A stretch of DNA of 64,000 bases from Clostridium sp. (GCA_036634775.1 JAVWRQ010000006.1:1252-65251), one strand, 5' to 3'; counted from the first letter of the stretch, positions 36,823 to 47,638 are shown. The notes: generated from the letters alone by a model not told the origin. Translations and numbers: made by a program.

Positions 36823-38490
36823 ATGAAATTTTACGATATTTTATTTTTGTTGGATGCAGAACAGCATCTAAATCAGGTGGAATGGGGCAATTCAAAAACA
36901 GAAGCCACCTACCATCTGCTTTTTTCCAATTGGATTGCCGGCAGAGCAACCCTTTCTTCGGTTTTTCCGCTGACCGATGACGACTGGTCCGGAGAACTAT
37001 TCTGGGATGAAGATCATTTTTTATATGAGAAGAAAATGGCACCGAATGATTGCTACTACTTATTTTTAAAGAAACGGGACGACAAGGAATATCTTTTCAC
37101 CAAAGCCTTTGACCGGATTTTCGAAGGAATCCAAATCTATGACAAAAATGCCTGTGCCGTATTTTTTAATAAATCCAGCCGTGCCATTTCTCAAATCCCC
37201 GATGATGTATCAATTGAAGGCAGGCATCTATTGGATATGTACGATTTAGAGGAAGAAATCAGTACGACGCTCACCTGTCTTCACACCGGTTCCCCTGTTA
37301 TCAATCGAGTGGATCACTATAAATCCAACGATGGGATTGCCATCGCAACGGCTAACACCTCTTACCCGATTAAAAGGGGGAATGAATTAATCGGTGCAGT
37401 TGTATTTGAGCAGACCGGTGATATCGTAAAATCTTATATGCGAAAAATGGAAGAAATCGACCGTGCCTTAAAGCTCTTCGATGCCCATACGAAACAAATC
37501 CGTTTTTCCGGTTATACGTTTAACAACATTATTGGGCACGGTGAAAAACTGCAGCATGCTGTTTCTATTGCAAAAAAAATCGCCCCCCAGGATAGTTCTG
37601 TCCTATTAGTCGGTGAAACCGGTACCGGAAAGGAAATCTTTGCCCAGAGTATCCATAGAGAAAGCAACCGCAGCAATAAGAAGTTTGTAGCTCTTAACTG
37701 CGCTGCGATTCCCGACTCCCTGATTGAAAGTATCCTGTTTGGCACCCAAAAGGGCAGTTTTACCGGCAGTGAAAATAAACCCGGTTATTTTGAAGAAGCC
37801 GAAGGTGGTACTTTGTTTTTAGATGAGTTGAATTCCATGAGTCTCAATATGCAGTCCAAGATTCTGCGGGCAATCCAAGAAAATACCTTTCGGCGGGTCG
37901 GTGGACAAAAAGATATTCCCATGAATGTGCGAATTATCTCTTCCTGTAATGAAGATCCGTTCAAAGCGATTGGTGAAAACCAATTTCGAAAAGACCTTTT
38001 TTATCGTCTGTCGACGGTGATGATCGAACTACCTCCTCTTCGGGAGCACAAAGAAGATTTGAACGAACTCATTCGTTACCACCTGGATGCAACTTCCTTC
38101 CAATATGTCCATCCGTTCACCGGAATTGATCCGGAAGTCATGGCTATCTTCAACCGTTATGACTGGTCCGGCAATATCAGAGAACTGTTCCATGTACTGG
38201 ATTATGCACAGAATGTATCCGATGGCGATATCCTATGTCCCGAGCATCTGCCTTCTTATCTGACAAAAATGCTCCCCGCAAAAAAAGAAGAAACATCCCA
38301 CCAAAAGCAGGATGTTTCTATCGATTTTGTCAACGACGATCTGCAGAGTCTCATGGACGAATACGAACATGAGATCCTCATCAAAGCATTGGATCACTAT
38401 GGGTATAATATCTCCAAAACTGCAGATGCGCTGGGTATCCGGCGGCAAAGTCTCCAGTACCGGATTAAAAAATATGGGATTATGATTTAA
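36823..38490 (+). CDS. Sigma-54-dependent transcriptional activator (PAS + AAA+ + Fis HTH; RocR/PrdR-like)
   Basis: GETGTGKE, ALNCAAIP, GSFTGS loop, LFLDELNSM, FRKDLFYRL, NISKTADALGIRRQSLQYRIKKYG. Confidence 0.93.
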   Translation: MKFYDILFLLDAEQHLNQVEWGNSKTEATYHLLFSNWIAGRATLSSVFPLTDDDWSGELFWDEDHFLYEKKMAPNDCYYLFLKKRDDKEYLFTKAFDRIFEGIQIYDKNACAVFFNKSSRAISQIPDDVSIEGRHLLDMYDLEEEISTTLTCLHTGSPVINRVDHYKSNDGIAIATANTSYPIKRGNELIGAVVFEQTGDIVKSYMRKMEEIDRALKLFDAHTKQIRFSGYTFNNIIGHGEKLQHAVSIAKKIAPQDSSVLLVGETGTGKEIFAQSIHRESNRSNKKFVALNCAAIPDSLIESILFGTQKGSFTGSENKPGYFEEAEGGTLFLDELNSMSLNMQSKILRAIQENTFRRVGGQKDIPMNVRIISSCNEDPFKAIGENQFRKDLFYRLSTVMIELPPLREHKEDLNELIRYHLDATSFQYVHPFTGIDPEVMAIFNRYDWSGNIRELFHVLDYAQNVSDGDILCPEHLPSYLTKMLPAKKEETSHQKQDVSIDFVNDDLQSLMDEYEHEILIKALDHYGYNISKTADALGIRRQSLQYRIKKYGIMI

Positions 38491-38497
38491 ATTCCTT

Positions 38498-40615
38498 CTA
38501 CACTTCGAAAAGCAGATCTCCATAACTCGGAAATGGCCACAGTTCCTTGTCTACGATCATCTCCAGGCGGTCTGCCGGACGGCGAAGTTCTTCCATCACG
38601 ACCGTCACCGTATCATGACAGGTATAAGCCCGCTTTTTGCTATCTGGTATCGCGGCTGCCTGTGCGGTTACATCCACCAGGCGGGAAAGAGCCATCTGCA
38701 TCGCTGAAAGCAAGTCAGAAGTCTCCAACAGAAGTTCCTTCTGAACGCTCACATCGGCTTCCGGACATGCATTCTGCACCGCCGCCAGGGAGCCGGCCAG
38801 CTGTGTCGTATAGCGAATCACTGCCGGGATAATCTGTTTTCCTGCCATATCAATCATAGTCTTAGCTTCGATATTAATTGTCTTGGAATACGCTTCATAT
38901 TCGATTTCCGCGCATGACTCTAATTCTAAACGGGTGTATACGCCAAAATGTTCGAATAAATCGACCGTTTTATCTGTAATCAATGCCGACACAGAATCGA
39001 TTCCGGCCTTCAGGTTGGGAAGACCGCGGCGTTCTGCCTCTTCTACCCATTCCTGTGAATAGCCATTTCCACTAAAAACGATTCTTCTGTGCTCTGCCAG
39101 AAGGCGTTTAATCATGTCATGAACCGCCGTATCAAAATCATCGGCCTTCTCAAGTTCATCGGCCGCTTCTTTAAACGCTTCGGCAGCGATGGTGTTCAGC
39201 ACGACGTTCGGTGATGATACTGAATCAGAAGAACCCACCATACGGAACTCGAATTTGTTGCCGGTGAAGGCAAACGGCGAAGTTCTGTTGCGGTCGGTCG
39301 CATCCTTGTCAAAATCCATGAGCGTAGTAACTCCGGTCTTCAGGACACCGCCCTGAATCGAATGGCCGGCGGAACCTGTGCTGCAGAGCTGTTCGATCAC
39401 ATCTTCCAACTGTTCTCCAAGAAACATGGAGATGATAGCCGGTGGTGCTTCGGCTGCTCCCAGACGATGGTCATTGCCCGGAACGGCCGTAGATTCACGC
39501 AGAAGATCTGCATGGATATCCACTGCCTTCATCATACAAGCCAATATCAATAAAAACTGAACATTCTCATGAGGGGTATCCCCTGGATAAAGGAGATTGA
39601 TTCCATCATCGGTAGCCAAAGACCAGTTGTCATGTTTACCGGAGCCATTCACCCCTGCAAATGGTTTCTCATGAAGCAGACAAGTCAGACCGTGATGTCC
39701 GGCAATTCGTTTTAACGCCTCCATCATCATCTGGTTGTGATCGACTGCCACATTCGCCTGTGTGTAGATAGGGGCTAACTCATGCTGTGCCGGAGCCGCC
39801 TCGTTATGCTGAGTCTTGGCGCTGACGCCCAGTCTCCACATCTCTTCATTGACTTCTTTCATAAAAGCACCAACTCTGGGACGAATGGTTCCAAAGTAGT
39901 GATCTTCCATCTCCTGCCCTTTAGGAGGCATCGCGCCAAATAAAGTACGGCCGGCATAAATTAAGTCTTTTCTCTGCAGGTATTTTTCTTTATCAATTAA
40001 GAAATACTCCTGTTCCGGGCCTACGCACGGTGTGACCCGTTTGGATGTTGTATTGCCAAACAGACGAATAATCCGCAGCGCCTGCTCATTAATCGCCTGC
40101 ATCGAGCGAAGTAGCGGGGTCTTCTTATCCAGTGCTTCGCCTTTGTAAGAGCAAAAAGCAGTCGGTATGTAAAGGGTAACGCCCCAGGTGTCCTCACGTA
40201 AAAATGCAGGTGATGTGCAGTCCCAGGTCGTATATCCTCTGGCTTCAAAGGTAGAACGCAGTCCGCCGGATGGGAATGAAGAAGCATCCGGTTCGCCCTG
40301 AATCAGTTCTTTACCGGAAAACTCCATAATCACTCGGCCGGTGCTGTCCGGTGCAGAAATAAATGCATCGTGCTTTTCAGCGGTAATGCCCGTCAGCGGC
40401 TGAAACCAATGGGAATAATGAGTTGCTCCCCGTTCAATCGCCCAATCTTTCATGGCATGTGCCACTACATCGGCAATGGATGGATCCAGTTCGGTTCCAC
40501 TTTCTATGGTCTGTTTTAATTTCTTATATACGCTTTTGGGAAGACGTTCTCTCATCACTGTGTCATCGAAAACATTCATCCCAAAAATCTCTGATACATT
40601 AGTTATGCCACTCAT
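38498..40615 (-). CDS. glnA: Glutamine synthetase type III
   Basis: [55 protein letters not shown]. Confidence 0.95.
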   Translation of the reverse strand: MSGITNVSEIFGMNVFDDTVMRERLPKSVYKKLKQTIESGTELDPSIADVVAHAMKDWAIERGATHYSHWFQPLTGITAEKHDAFISAPDSTGRVIMEFSGKELIQGEPDASSFPSGGLRSTFEARGYTTWDCTSPAFLREDTWGVTLYIPTAFCSYKGEALDKKTPLLRSMQAINEQALRIIRLFGNTTSKRVTPCVGPEQEYFLIDKEKYLQRKDLIYAGRTLFGAMPPKGQEMEDHYFGTIRPRVGAFMKEVNEEMWRLGVSAKTQHNEAAPAQHELAPIYTQANVAVDHNQMMMEALKRIAGHHGLTCLLHEKPFAGVNGSGKHDNWSLATDDGINLLYPGDTPHENVQFLLILACMMKAVDIHADLLRESTAVPGNDHRLGAAEAPPAIISMFLGEQLEDVIEQLCSTGSAGHSIQGGVLKTGVTTLMDFDKDATDRNRTSPFAFTGNKFEFRMVGSSDSVSSPNVVLNTIAAEAFKEAADELEKADDFDTAVHDMIKRLLAEHRRIVFSGNGYSQEWVEEAERRGLPNLKAGIDSVSALITDKTVDLFEHFGVYTRLELESCAEIEYEAYSKTINIEAKTMIDMAGKQIIPAVIRYTTQLAGSLAAVQNACPEADVSVQKELLLETSDLLSAMQMALSRLVDVTAQAAAIPDSKKRAYTCHDTVTVVMEELRRPADRLEMIVDKELWPFPSYGDLLFEV

Positions 40616-40619
40616 GTGT

Positions 40620-41483
40620 TTACGCTTTTCCGACAGAACCAAACAATTCCATCTTCTCTTTTACCGTTGCTTTAATCGCATCGGTACCGGGTGCCAGTAA
40701 TTTACGAGGGTCAAATCCCTTGCCTACTAAGTCTTTTCCCTCTTCGATATACTTGCGTGTTCCTGCTGCAAATGAAAGCTGGCATTCTGTATTTACATTG
40801 ATTTTAGCTACGCCAAGAGCGATTGCTTTCTGAATCATATCTGCCGGAATACCGGTACCGCCGTGAAGAACAAGAGGCATATCCCCTACTTTTTCCTTCA
40901 CTGCTGCCAGTGTCTCAAAGCTCAGACCAGGCCAGTTTGCCGGATACTTACCATGAATGTTACCAATGCCGGCTGCCAGAAGGTCTACGCCCAAATCGGC
41001 AATTGCTTTGCATTCGTCCGGATCAGCACATTCGCCCATCCCTACAACACCATCTTCTTCGCCGCCGATTGCGCCTACTTCAGCTTCCAGAGACAATCCC
41101 TTCTCTGCACAGATCTTAACCAATGCTTTGGTCTTTTCTATATTCTCTTCAATTGGATAGTGAGAGCCATCAAACATAACGGAAGAAAATCCTGCTTCAA
41201 TACACTTTAAACAACCTTCATAAGAGCCGTGATCCAGATGAAGTGCTACCGGCACTGTGATATTCAGTTCTTCAAGCATCGCTTTAACCATAGCTGTAAC
41301 GGTCTTGTAACCTGTCATATACTTGCCTGCGCCCTCTGAAACACCTAAAATAACCGGTGAGTTCTGTTCCTGTGCGGTCAGCAGAACAGCCTTGGTCCAC
41401 TCCAAGTTGTTAATATTAAAATGACCTACTGCATATTTACCTTTTCTTGCTTTCTCAAGCATATCCTTCGTCGTTACTAACAT
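40620..41483 (-). CDS. fba: Class II fructose-1,6-bisphosphate aldolase
   Basis: [39 protein letters not shown]. Confidence 0.96.
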   Translation of the reverse strand: MLVTTKDMLEKARKGKYAVGHFNINNLEWTKAVLLTAQEQNSPVILGVSEGAGKYMTGYKTVTAMVKAMLEELNITVPVALHLDHGSYEGCLKCIEAGFSSVMFDGSHYPIEENIEKTKALVKICAEKGLSLEAEVGAIGGEEDGVVGMGECADPDECKAIADLGVDLLAAGIGNIHGKYPANWPGLSFETLAAVKEKVGDMPLVLHGGTGIPADMIQKAIALGVAKINVNTECQLSFAAGTRKYIEEGKDLVGKGFDPRKLLAPGTDAIKATVKEKMELFGSVGKA

Positions 41484-41598
41484 AGCACAAACCTCCTATT
41501 AGAAAAATGTCATATTGTTCTTTCGCCTATTATAAACTATTTTTACCCATTTGTGAAGAGAATTGAAAACAAGCTTTACTTTAAATCGAAAATGCACC

Positions 41599-43083
41599 TT
41601 ACTTTAAAATATCAGCCACCGTTTTCTTCATATCTTCTGCGTTACAGGTCCGGTCATGGCGAATTTCGGCATGCCTGATTTCTTCGATTGCCTGAGGAAC
41701 CGGTACACCCGAAGCCTGCTCCATCTCAGCAATCAGCTCAAACTCATCTTTTCCACTTTCATCGCCAAAGACCGCCTCCATCACGCGATCGGCGAACTTG
41801 TAAGGACTGGCTGTAGAAGCAATCACCGTTCCGGTCTTGTCACCTGTCTCTTCCAGGTACTTTCTATATACGCAGGAAGCTACTCCGGTATGCGTATCCA
41901 GCAAATATCCGGTTTCATCATAGACGTGCTTGATTTCCTTTGCATTCTCTTCCTGTGTGGCAAATCCACCCACAAAATCAGACATCCGTGCCTTCATATC
42001 ATCTGTAACCGTATAACTTCCTTCTTTCGAAAGTTCTTCCATCAGCGCCTTCGTCTTTACCGCATCGCATCCGGCCGACAAATAAATCAGCCGTTCCAGA
42101 TTACTGGAAATCAATATATCCATAGAAGGCGAAGAGGTCAGAATAAAATCTCGTTTTCTGTCATAGACACCGGTTTTGAAGAAATCATAGAGCACTTTGT
42201 TGTCGTTGGAGGCACAAATTAATTTATGCACCGGAAGTCCCATCTGCTTTGCAAAATAAGCAGCTAAGATATTACCGAAATTACCGGTAGGAACTGCAAT
42301 ATTGATCGACTCGCCATCCGCAATTTCTTCATTCTCCAACAGCTTCACGTATGCGTATACATAATACACAATCTGTGGAATCAATCGACCAATATTAATC
42401 GAGTTGGCAGAAGAGAACTGATATCCTTTTTGAGCCAGTTCCTCGGCAAATTCCCGGTCACCAAACAGTTTCTTCACACCGTTCTGAGCGTCATCAAAAT
42501 TACCGGAAATACCAACCACATCGGTATTGGCTCCCTTCTGGGTAAGCATCTGTAATTCCTGTACGCGGCTGACGCCGTTCTTGGGATAAAATACAATAAT
42601 TCGGCTGCCCTCTACATCTGCAAATCCGGCCATCGCCGCTTTTCCCGTATCCCCGGACGTTGCCGTCAGAATCACGATTGTACGATCCACGTGGTTCTTC
42701 TTTGCAGACATCATCATAAGATGCGGCAGGATCGAAAGTGCCATATCTTTAAATGCAATGGTACTGCCATGGAATAATTCCAGATAATAAGCTTTGTCGG
42801 CTTTGACCAGAGGCGCAATCTCTTCTGTATCGAACTTGCTGTCATAAGCACGGCTAATACATGTTTTGATCTCCTCTTCTGTAAAATCAGTCAAGAATAA
42901 CTTCATGACCTCATAAGCTACTTCTCCATAACTCATGCCCGCAAGTTCTTTAAAAGAGCGGTCAAATACCGGAATCTGATTGGGCATGAATAGACCTCCG
43001 TCATGGGCCAGACCCTCTAAGATCGCCTGTGATGCCGTCACGCCCTGTTCGCCTCCACGAGTACTGTTGTAATAGATATCCAT
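41599..43083 (-). CDS. thrC: Threonine synthase
   Basis: YNSTRG, ELFHGSTIAFKDMAL, ATSGDTG, SANSINIGRL, PTGNFGN. Start MDIYY at 43083. Confidence 0.95.
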   Translation of the reverse strand: MDIYYNSTRGGEQGVTASQAILEGLAHDGGLFMPNQIPVFDRSFKELAGMSYGEVAYEVMKLFLTDFTEEEIKTCISRAYDSKFDTEEIAPLVKADKAYYLELFHGSTIAFKDMALSILPHLMMMSAKKNHVDRTIVILTATSGDTGKAAMAGFADVEGSRIIVFYPKNGVSRVQELQMLTQKGANTDVVGISGNFDDAQNGVKKLFGDREFAEELAQKGYQFSSANSINIGRLIPQIVYYVYAYVKLLENEEIADGESINIAVPTGNFGNILAAYFAKQMGLPVHKLICASNDNKVLYDFFKTGVYDRKRDFILTSSPSMDILISSNLERLIYLSAGCDAVKTKALMEELSKEGSYTVTDDMKARMSDFVGGFATQEENAKEIKHVYDETGYLLDTHTGVASCVYRKYLEETGDKTGTVIASTASPYKFADRVMEAVFGDESGKDEFELIAEMEQASGVPVPQAIEEIRHAEIRHDRTCNAEDMKKTVADILK

Positions 43084-43100
43084 TTTTCTCATCCTCTTTC

Positions 43101-43150
43101 TCCTGATTTCTTCTGTTTTCTTCTGTTTTCTTCTGTTTTCTTCTGATTTT
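43101..43150. repeat. 10-bp intergenic tandem repeat (TTCTGTTTTC; 3 perfect + 2 imperfect copies)
   Basis: tcctgatttc ttctgttttc ttctgttttc ttctgttttc ttctgatttt, between the upstream stop and the thrC RBS. Confidence 0.9.
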
Positions 43151-43648
43151 TTATTGTTCTTCAAATGCTATCTCATGTTTTTTAAGAAAATTCTTTACCG
43201 CCTCATCCCACTCCCGATCTAAGGTTTTATCCAATGTGAACTGATCCACTGAAGTGCCGGTAATACAGGTCAATATCTGATCTTCATAGCGTATATTCAT
43301 ATACAGACCATTGACCAGTTCCGGTAAGAACTTGATATTCTTATCGGCAAGGAAATGTTCCACACCGCTGGGAGGAAGCTGAAGTACTATAAAAAAGCTC
43401 TCCGGCAATTTGCTGCCTTTGATTAAAGAAAAGCAAAAAGGACGCAGCACCTTCCATGAAGAAAATCGTTCAATCTTCCCCAGTTCCAATTCTTCGTCTG
43501 AATAGTACCCATGACGAATCTTTCCATCAATCGTAATACTGTTGAATGTGGTAACATTTGCCTCTCTGACCAAAAATGTGTCAAAAACTTCTCCTACAAA
43601 CAATCTTTTTGTAAATTCTTTTAATTCTGCAATTTTAAGCGCTACCAT
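43151..43648 (-). CDS. Conserved hypothetical protein (DUF5721-like)
   Basis: 165 aa; FTKRLFVGEVFDTFLVRE...LIKGSKLP..F...TLDKTLDREWD pattern common in Lachnospiraceae. Confidence 0.7.
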   Translation of the reverse strand: MVALKIAELKEFTKRLFVGEVFDTFLVREANVTTFNSITIDGKIRHGYYSDEELELGKIERFSSWKVLRPFCFSLIKGSKLPESFFIVLQLPPSGVEHFLADKNIKFLPELVNGLYMNIRYEDQILTCITGTSVDQFTLDKTLDREWDEAVKNFLKKHEIAFEEQ

Positions 43649-43763
43649 AACTGCCCTCCATCTCTTGCTATTTTACACCACGTGTGCCACAGATGCAATG
43701 GATTTTTCCTTGCCAAACCCAGTCTGTTTCATGTATACTGGAATAAATAGGAGGATATTTGCT

Positions 43764-45059
43764 ATGAATGATTATAAGAAAGACTTAGATGAACTGATTG
43801 CCCAGCTAAAAGCCGGCGTGTCACCTTTTCATACCATTCGTTTTAATGCTGAGATTTTAGAAAGACAGGGATTTGAAGAACTTCAATTAGGACAGCCATG
43901 GAATCTGATGACCGGTCATGGTTATTTTGTCAATGCCTATGATACGACGCTCATTGGCTTTACCATAGGAAACGATGCAAAAGAACATCCTTCCCTGCGC
44001 ATGGCAGCTTCTCATACCGACTGGCCTTGCCTGATGGTGAAACCGTCTCCCGAGATCGCGACCGGCAGTTATGGCAAACTTAACGTAGCCACTTATGGCG
44101 GTGCCATTTTGAGTACCTGGATGGATCGTGCTCTTTCGATGGCCGGTAAAGTCTGTACTTCAGGCAGCGATGCCTTTCACCCGGATGTTCATTTTGTAGA
44201 TTTTAAACGTCCCCTTTTAACCGTGCCGAATCTGGCCATTCATTTTAATCGGGAAGTGAACAGCGGTGTAGAACTGAATCCACAGATTGATATGCAGCCG
44301 ATTATCACGATGTTGGACGATACACTGAACAAGGACAATTTTTTCCTAGATCTTTTATCCGACGAAATCGGAATTCCAAAAGAGAAGATCCTGGACTATG
44401 AATTCTATATCTATAACTGTGATGAGCCTCAGATTCTGGGCATCCACGAAGAGTTTTTATCTTCCCCACGCCTCGATAATCTGACCTCGGTTCACTCTTG
44501 TATGAGCGGGCTCTTAGAGACCGGCAGAAAAGAGGGAATCCGCGTGGCCGCCCTCTATGATAATGAAGAGATTGGAAGCAGCACAAAACAGGGTGCCGCC
44601 TCACCTCTCCTCGATCGGATTCTGGAAAAGATTTATCTAAGCCTCGGCTATTCCAGAAGTGACTACTTAGATGCACTATTTAACGGATTCTTACTTTCAC
44701 TGGACGTAGCACACGCATTTCATCCGAACAAAGCGGACAAATACGATCCCAAGAACCGTGTTTCGCTAAATGAAGGACTGGCTCTCAAACTGGCCGTGTC
44801 ACAAGCTTATTCCACTGATGCTTCTCACATAAGTGTGATGGAAGATCTGTGCCGCCTAAATGCCATCCCTTATAAGAAGTTTTCCAACCGCTCCGACATC
44901 AAAGGTGGTTCCACCTTAGGAAGTATCTCTTCCTGCCTCTTAAACATGCCCACCGTTGATGCGGGCGTAGCAATCCTAGCGATGCATTCGGCGCGGGAAC
45001 TGATGGGAGTCAAAGATCAATGGGCATTGGCCGAACTGACAAGGAAGTTTCTGGCTTAA
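43764..45059 (+). CDS. M18 family aminopeptidase
   Basis: SHTDWP, RLDNL, DNEEIGS, DVAHAFHP, LAMHSARE. RBS AGGAGG before ATG 43764. Confidence 0.93.
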   Translation: MNDYKKDLDELIAQLKAGVSPFHTIRFNAEILERQGFEELQLGQPWNLMTGHGYFVNAYDTTLIGFTIGNDAKEHPSLRMAASHTDWPCLMVKPSPEIATGSYGKLNVATYGGAILSTWMDRALSMAGKVCTSGSDAFHPDVHFVDFKRPLLTVPNLAIHFNREVNSGVELNPQIDMQPIITMLDDTLNKDNFFLDLLSDEIGIPKEKILDYEFYIYNCDEPQILGIHEEFLSSPRLDNLTSVHSCMSGLLETGRKEGIRVAALYDNEEIGSSTKQGAASPLLDRILEKIYLSLGYSRSDYLDALFNGFLLSLDVAHAFHPNKADKYDPKNRVSLNEGLALKLAVSQAYSTDASHISVMEDLCRLNAIPYKKFSNRSDIKGGSTLGSISSCLLNMPTVDAGVAILAMHSARELMGVKDQWALAELTRKFLA

Positions 45060-45094
45060 CTCGATAATCGGAGCACTTTCTTATTACATAACAT

Positions 45095-45139
45095 AGAAAT
45101 CCCGGTTGAAAGCTGTATTTGCTTTCAACCGGGATTTCT
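45095..45139. terminator. Bidirectional terminator hairpin
   Basis: 19-bp perfect inverted repeat agaaatcccggttgaaagc/gctttcaaccgggatttct between convergent genes. Confidence 0.85.
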
Positions 45140-45158
45140 ATTCAACCGGAGTTTATGT

Positions 45159-46142
45159 TCAACCGGGATTTGCGTATTTCTTATAAATTCCAAAGAAATC
45201 GGCATTTTGAGCATATTTTCCATCTTTTAGATTCAATTTTTCCCACGGGTCACCGGAATAAGTCAGACTTACGCCTGCCTTGAAATCATCATAGATTTCT
45301 CGAAATGCCTTTCTTTTACGCTCCTTAAAGATAATTTCTTTGCGCTCTGCTGTAGCCGCCTCATCATAATCGCTGAGACATCGGAGAACATAATAAGATT
45401 CACGATCGGTAATCACACCACTCACTTGATTTGTAGTCAGAGCAAATGCTGCCGTTTCAAATTCCTTGCCTGCTTCTTCTCTGCCCAACGGTCTTGTGGT
45501 CACTGTAATTCCCAAATCTTCTGCACATTTTTGAAAATCCGCATTCTCCTGTGATGCAGTCTGATACAAACGATCTGCCGTCTCTTTATCGTCGGTCTTG
45601 GCTTCCATGATAGAAATCACCTTAGCTTCACTGTCACTGACCTCCAAATTCGAGGTTTTTGTCAATTCTTCCACTAATTTATTAGCCAGATAATAATCTT
45701 CGTAAACGTTCTGTACCTCTTCACGGGTTACATTCATATGAGAAATATCCGTCTCCGTCAGACTGCTGTAATATTCATCCCCCGCTTCTGTCATCGTGGC
45801 TCGTTCCTCTGAAGTAAGAGAAATCTTTTTCTTCTCAGCCAGCAGGTTCATGATCTTCATCTCTTCCATAAAGCTTTGAATTTGATCCGTGAGATAAGTC
45901 TCAAAATCCCCGGATTCACCGGTGATCGATACGCCCCAGATTTGATCGGTACACACGGCTTCATAGCGGTTCTTCTCTGCCGTAGCGATAATCATAATCT
46001 CCGGTAATGTATATCCCTTCTGTGCTTTCCCCTCCGACATCGTGCCTTTATTGCATCCGGACAACACTGCCGGAACTGCTAAAAGCAAAAGAAGCATCCC
46101 TATTCTATTTTTCCTAAAAAGCTTCCTACATCGATTTATCAT
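45159..46142 (-). CDS. PrsA/SurA-like peptidyl-prolyl isomerase lipoprotein
   Basis: Lipobox VLSG-C; EFETAAFALTTNQVSGVI....YYVLRC rotamase-like segment. Confidence 0.75.
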   Translation of the reverse strand: MINRCRKLFRKNRIGMLLLLLAVPAVLSGCNKGTMSEGKAQKGYTLPEIMIIATAEKNRYEAVCTDQIWGVSITGESGDFETYLTDQIQSFMEEMKIMNLLAEKKKISLTSEERATMTEAGDEYYSSLTETDISHMNVTREEVQNVYEDYYLANKLVEELTKTSNLEVSDSEAKVISIMEAKTDDKETADRLYQTASQENADFQKCAEDLGITVTTRPLGREEAGKEFETAAFALTTNQVSGVITDRESYYVLRCLSDYDEAATAERKEIIFKERKRKAFREIYDDFKAGVSLTYSGDPWEKLNLKDGKYAQNADFFGIYKKYANPG

Positions 46143-46198
46143 ATTCTACTCCATTTCACCATATTTGAACTTATATTCTCTGGCCTTCTTCTCACAAC

Positions 46199-46987
46199 CT
46201 ATAAAAGTGTCCTTAAGATTTTTATTACCCCATCTTTTAAATTTGTATCCGTCTGAAATCTGGCCGCTGCCTTGACTTCCGCTCTGGCATTGCCTACGGC
46301 AAAGCTATAATAAGCCCGCCCCAGCATCTCGATATCATTCAGTTGGTCTCCAAAGACCATCGTTTCCTCCGGGGTAATGTTCAGACTTTCCTGAAGTGTT
46401 TTTACTGCCTCTCCCTTATTCACACCTTTTCTCATGCAATCCATCCACATATCACCTGAAATAGTCATCTTGAATTGATCGCCGTATTTGTCAAACAGTG
46501 CTCCCACATCGTCTTGGATTCCCGTCTTTTTATAAGCAGCTACCTTAATAATCTCATCATCGATTTTTGTTATATCATCCACCGGAATGATATGAAAATG
46601 ATACCCTTCTGTCATCCAGTCAATCAATTCTCGATTCTTAGATTCCAGATAAGTCCCTTTTGCTCCATCTACCATGACCTGAAGATGTGGGTTCAGGCGT
46701 ATGTCTTTCGACAATTCATTGGCCAGATTCATCTCAATGGGATACAGAAAAAGCGTTCTCCCATAACATCCCACGTAAGCACCGTTTTCGGCTACATAGA
46801 AGATTTCTTTCTGAATTGGTTTAAATGTATATTCAATACTGGCGGCTTGACGTCCACTGGCTGCCGCAAAGTGAATTTTCTTTTCTTTCTTCAATTTCAT
46901 AATCACGTCAAATACTTCCGGATTGACTTTATTTCCGCCATCGCCCACCAATGTTCCGTCAATATCCGATACAATTAATTTAATCAT
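46199..46987 (-). CDS. Cof-type HAD-IIB hydrolase
   Basis: SDIDGTL, ASGR, NKG, FGDQLNDIEM. Confidence 0.93.
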   Translation of the reverse strand: MIKLIVSDIDGTLVGDGGNKVNPEVFDVIMKLKKEKKIHFAAASGRQAASIEYTFKPIQKEIFYVAENGAYVGCYGRTLFLYPIEMNLANELSKDIRLNPHLQVMVDGAKGTYLESKNRELIDWMTEGYHFHIIPVDDITKIDDEIIKVAAYKKTGIQDDVGALFDKYGDQFKMTISGDMWMDCMRKGVNKGEAVKTLQESLNITPEETMVFGDQLNDIEMLGRAYYSFAVGNARAEVKAAARFQTDTNLKDGVIKILRTLL

Positions 46988-47077
46988 GCTGTCCCTCCAT
47001 AAACGATCCTCTTATTTATACCACAAAACACCCACACTATACAAGGATAGAAAATAGGTGAAAGGCATCTTCGCCCC

Positions 47078-47638
47078 TCACCTATTAATTTTCATCCTGC
47101 CAATGACCGGAACCTCTTTTTCCTGATCCCGCACTTTGAATTCCGTTCTAAAACTATACAGAAAATCAACTGCATAGAATATAATCAACGACAGTGCTAC
47201 GTATTTCTCCATATTCGATGGAATATGGGATACCATACCCTGAACTCTGACATTCAAAATACGAAAGAATACAATCCCAAGAACGCCCCAGCCCAAACTG
47301 CTTTCTAAACAGATGATGCCTTTGTAGTTGTACTTCTTGTGGCTGTAATCCCACCAGAACGTACCAAATATCCAAATCATAATTCGTGCGGTCACCAGCT
47401 CCATAGTCGTAGCCATCAGAAGACTGCCAAAGTAGAGTTTGACCATATTATCAGCAAACGGTCCTAATAATAAAGCAGCCCCTACGGCACCAAATCCATA
47501 GATAATACAAAAAGGTCCATGACCAAATCCGCGATTATATACAATCTGCCGATTCTCAAACGTCAGTACCAGACATTCGAGAATATATCCTAAAAGGCTG
47601 AATGTAAAAAAGCAATTAATCCAAAAATAAATGTTCAT
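47078..47638 (-). CDS. Membrane protein, CmpB/TMEM229 (putative ABC transporter permease) family
   Basis: NRGFGHGPFCIIYGFG, WWDYS.KKYNYKGIICLE. Confidence 0.8.
   Translation of the reverse strand: MNIYFWINCFFTFSLLGYILECLVLTFENRQIVYNRGFGHGPFCIIYGFGAVGAALLLGPFADNMVKLYFGSLLMATTMELVTARIMIWIFGTFWWDYSHKKYNYKGIICLESSLGWGVLGIVFFRILNVRVQGMVSHIPSNMEKYVALSLIIFYAVDFLYSFRTEFKVRDQEKEVPVIGRMKINR

Noticed and set aside
43101-45171. Short tandem repeats as CRISPR arrays
   Set aside because: Units are 10-17 bp with no unique spacers, and there are no cas genes.
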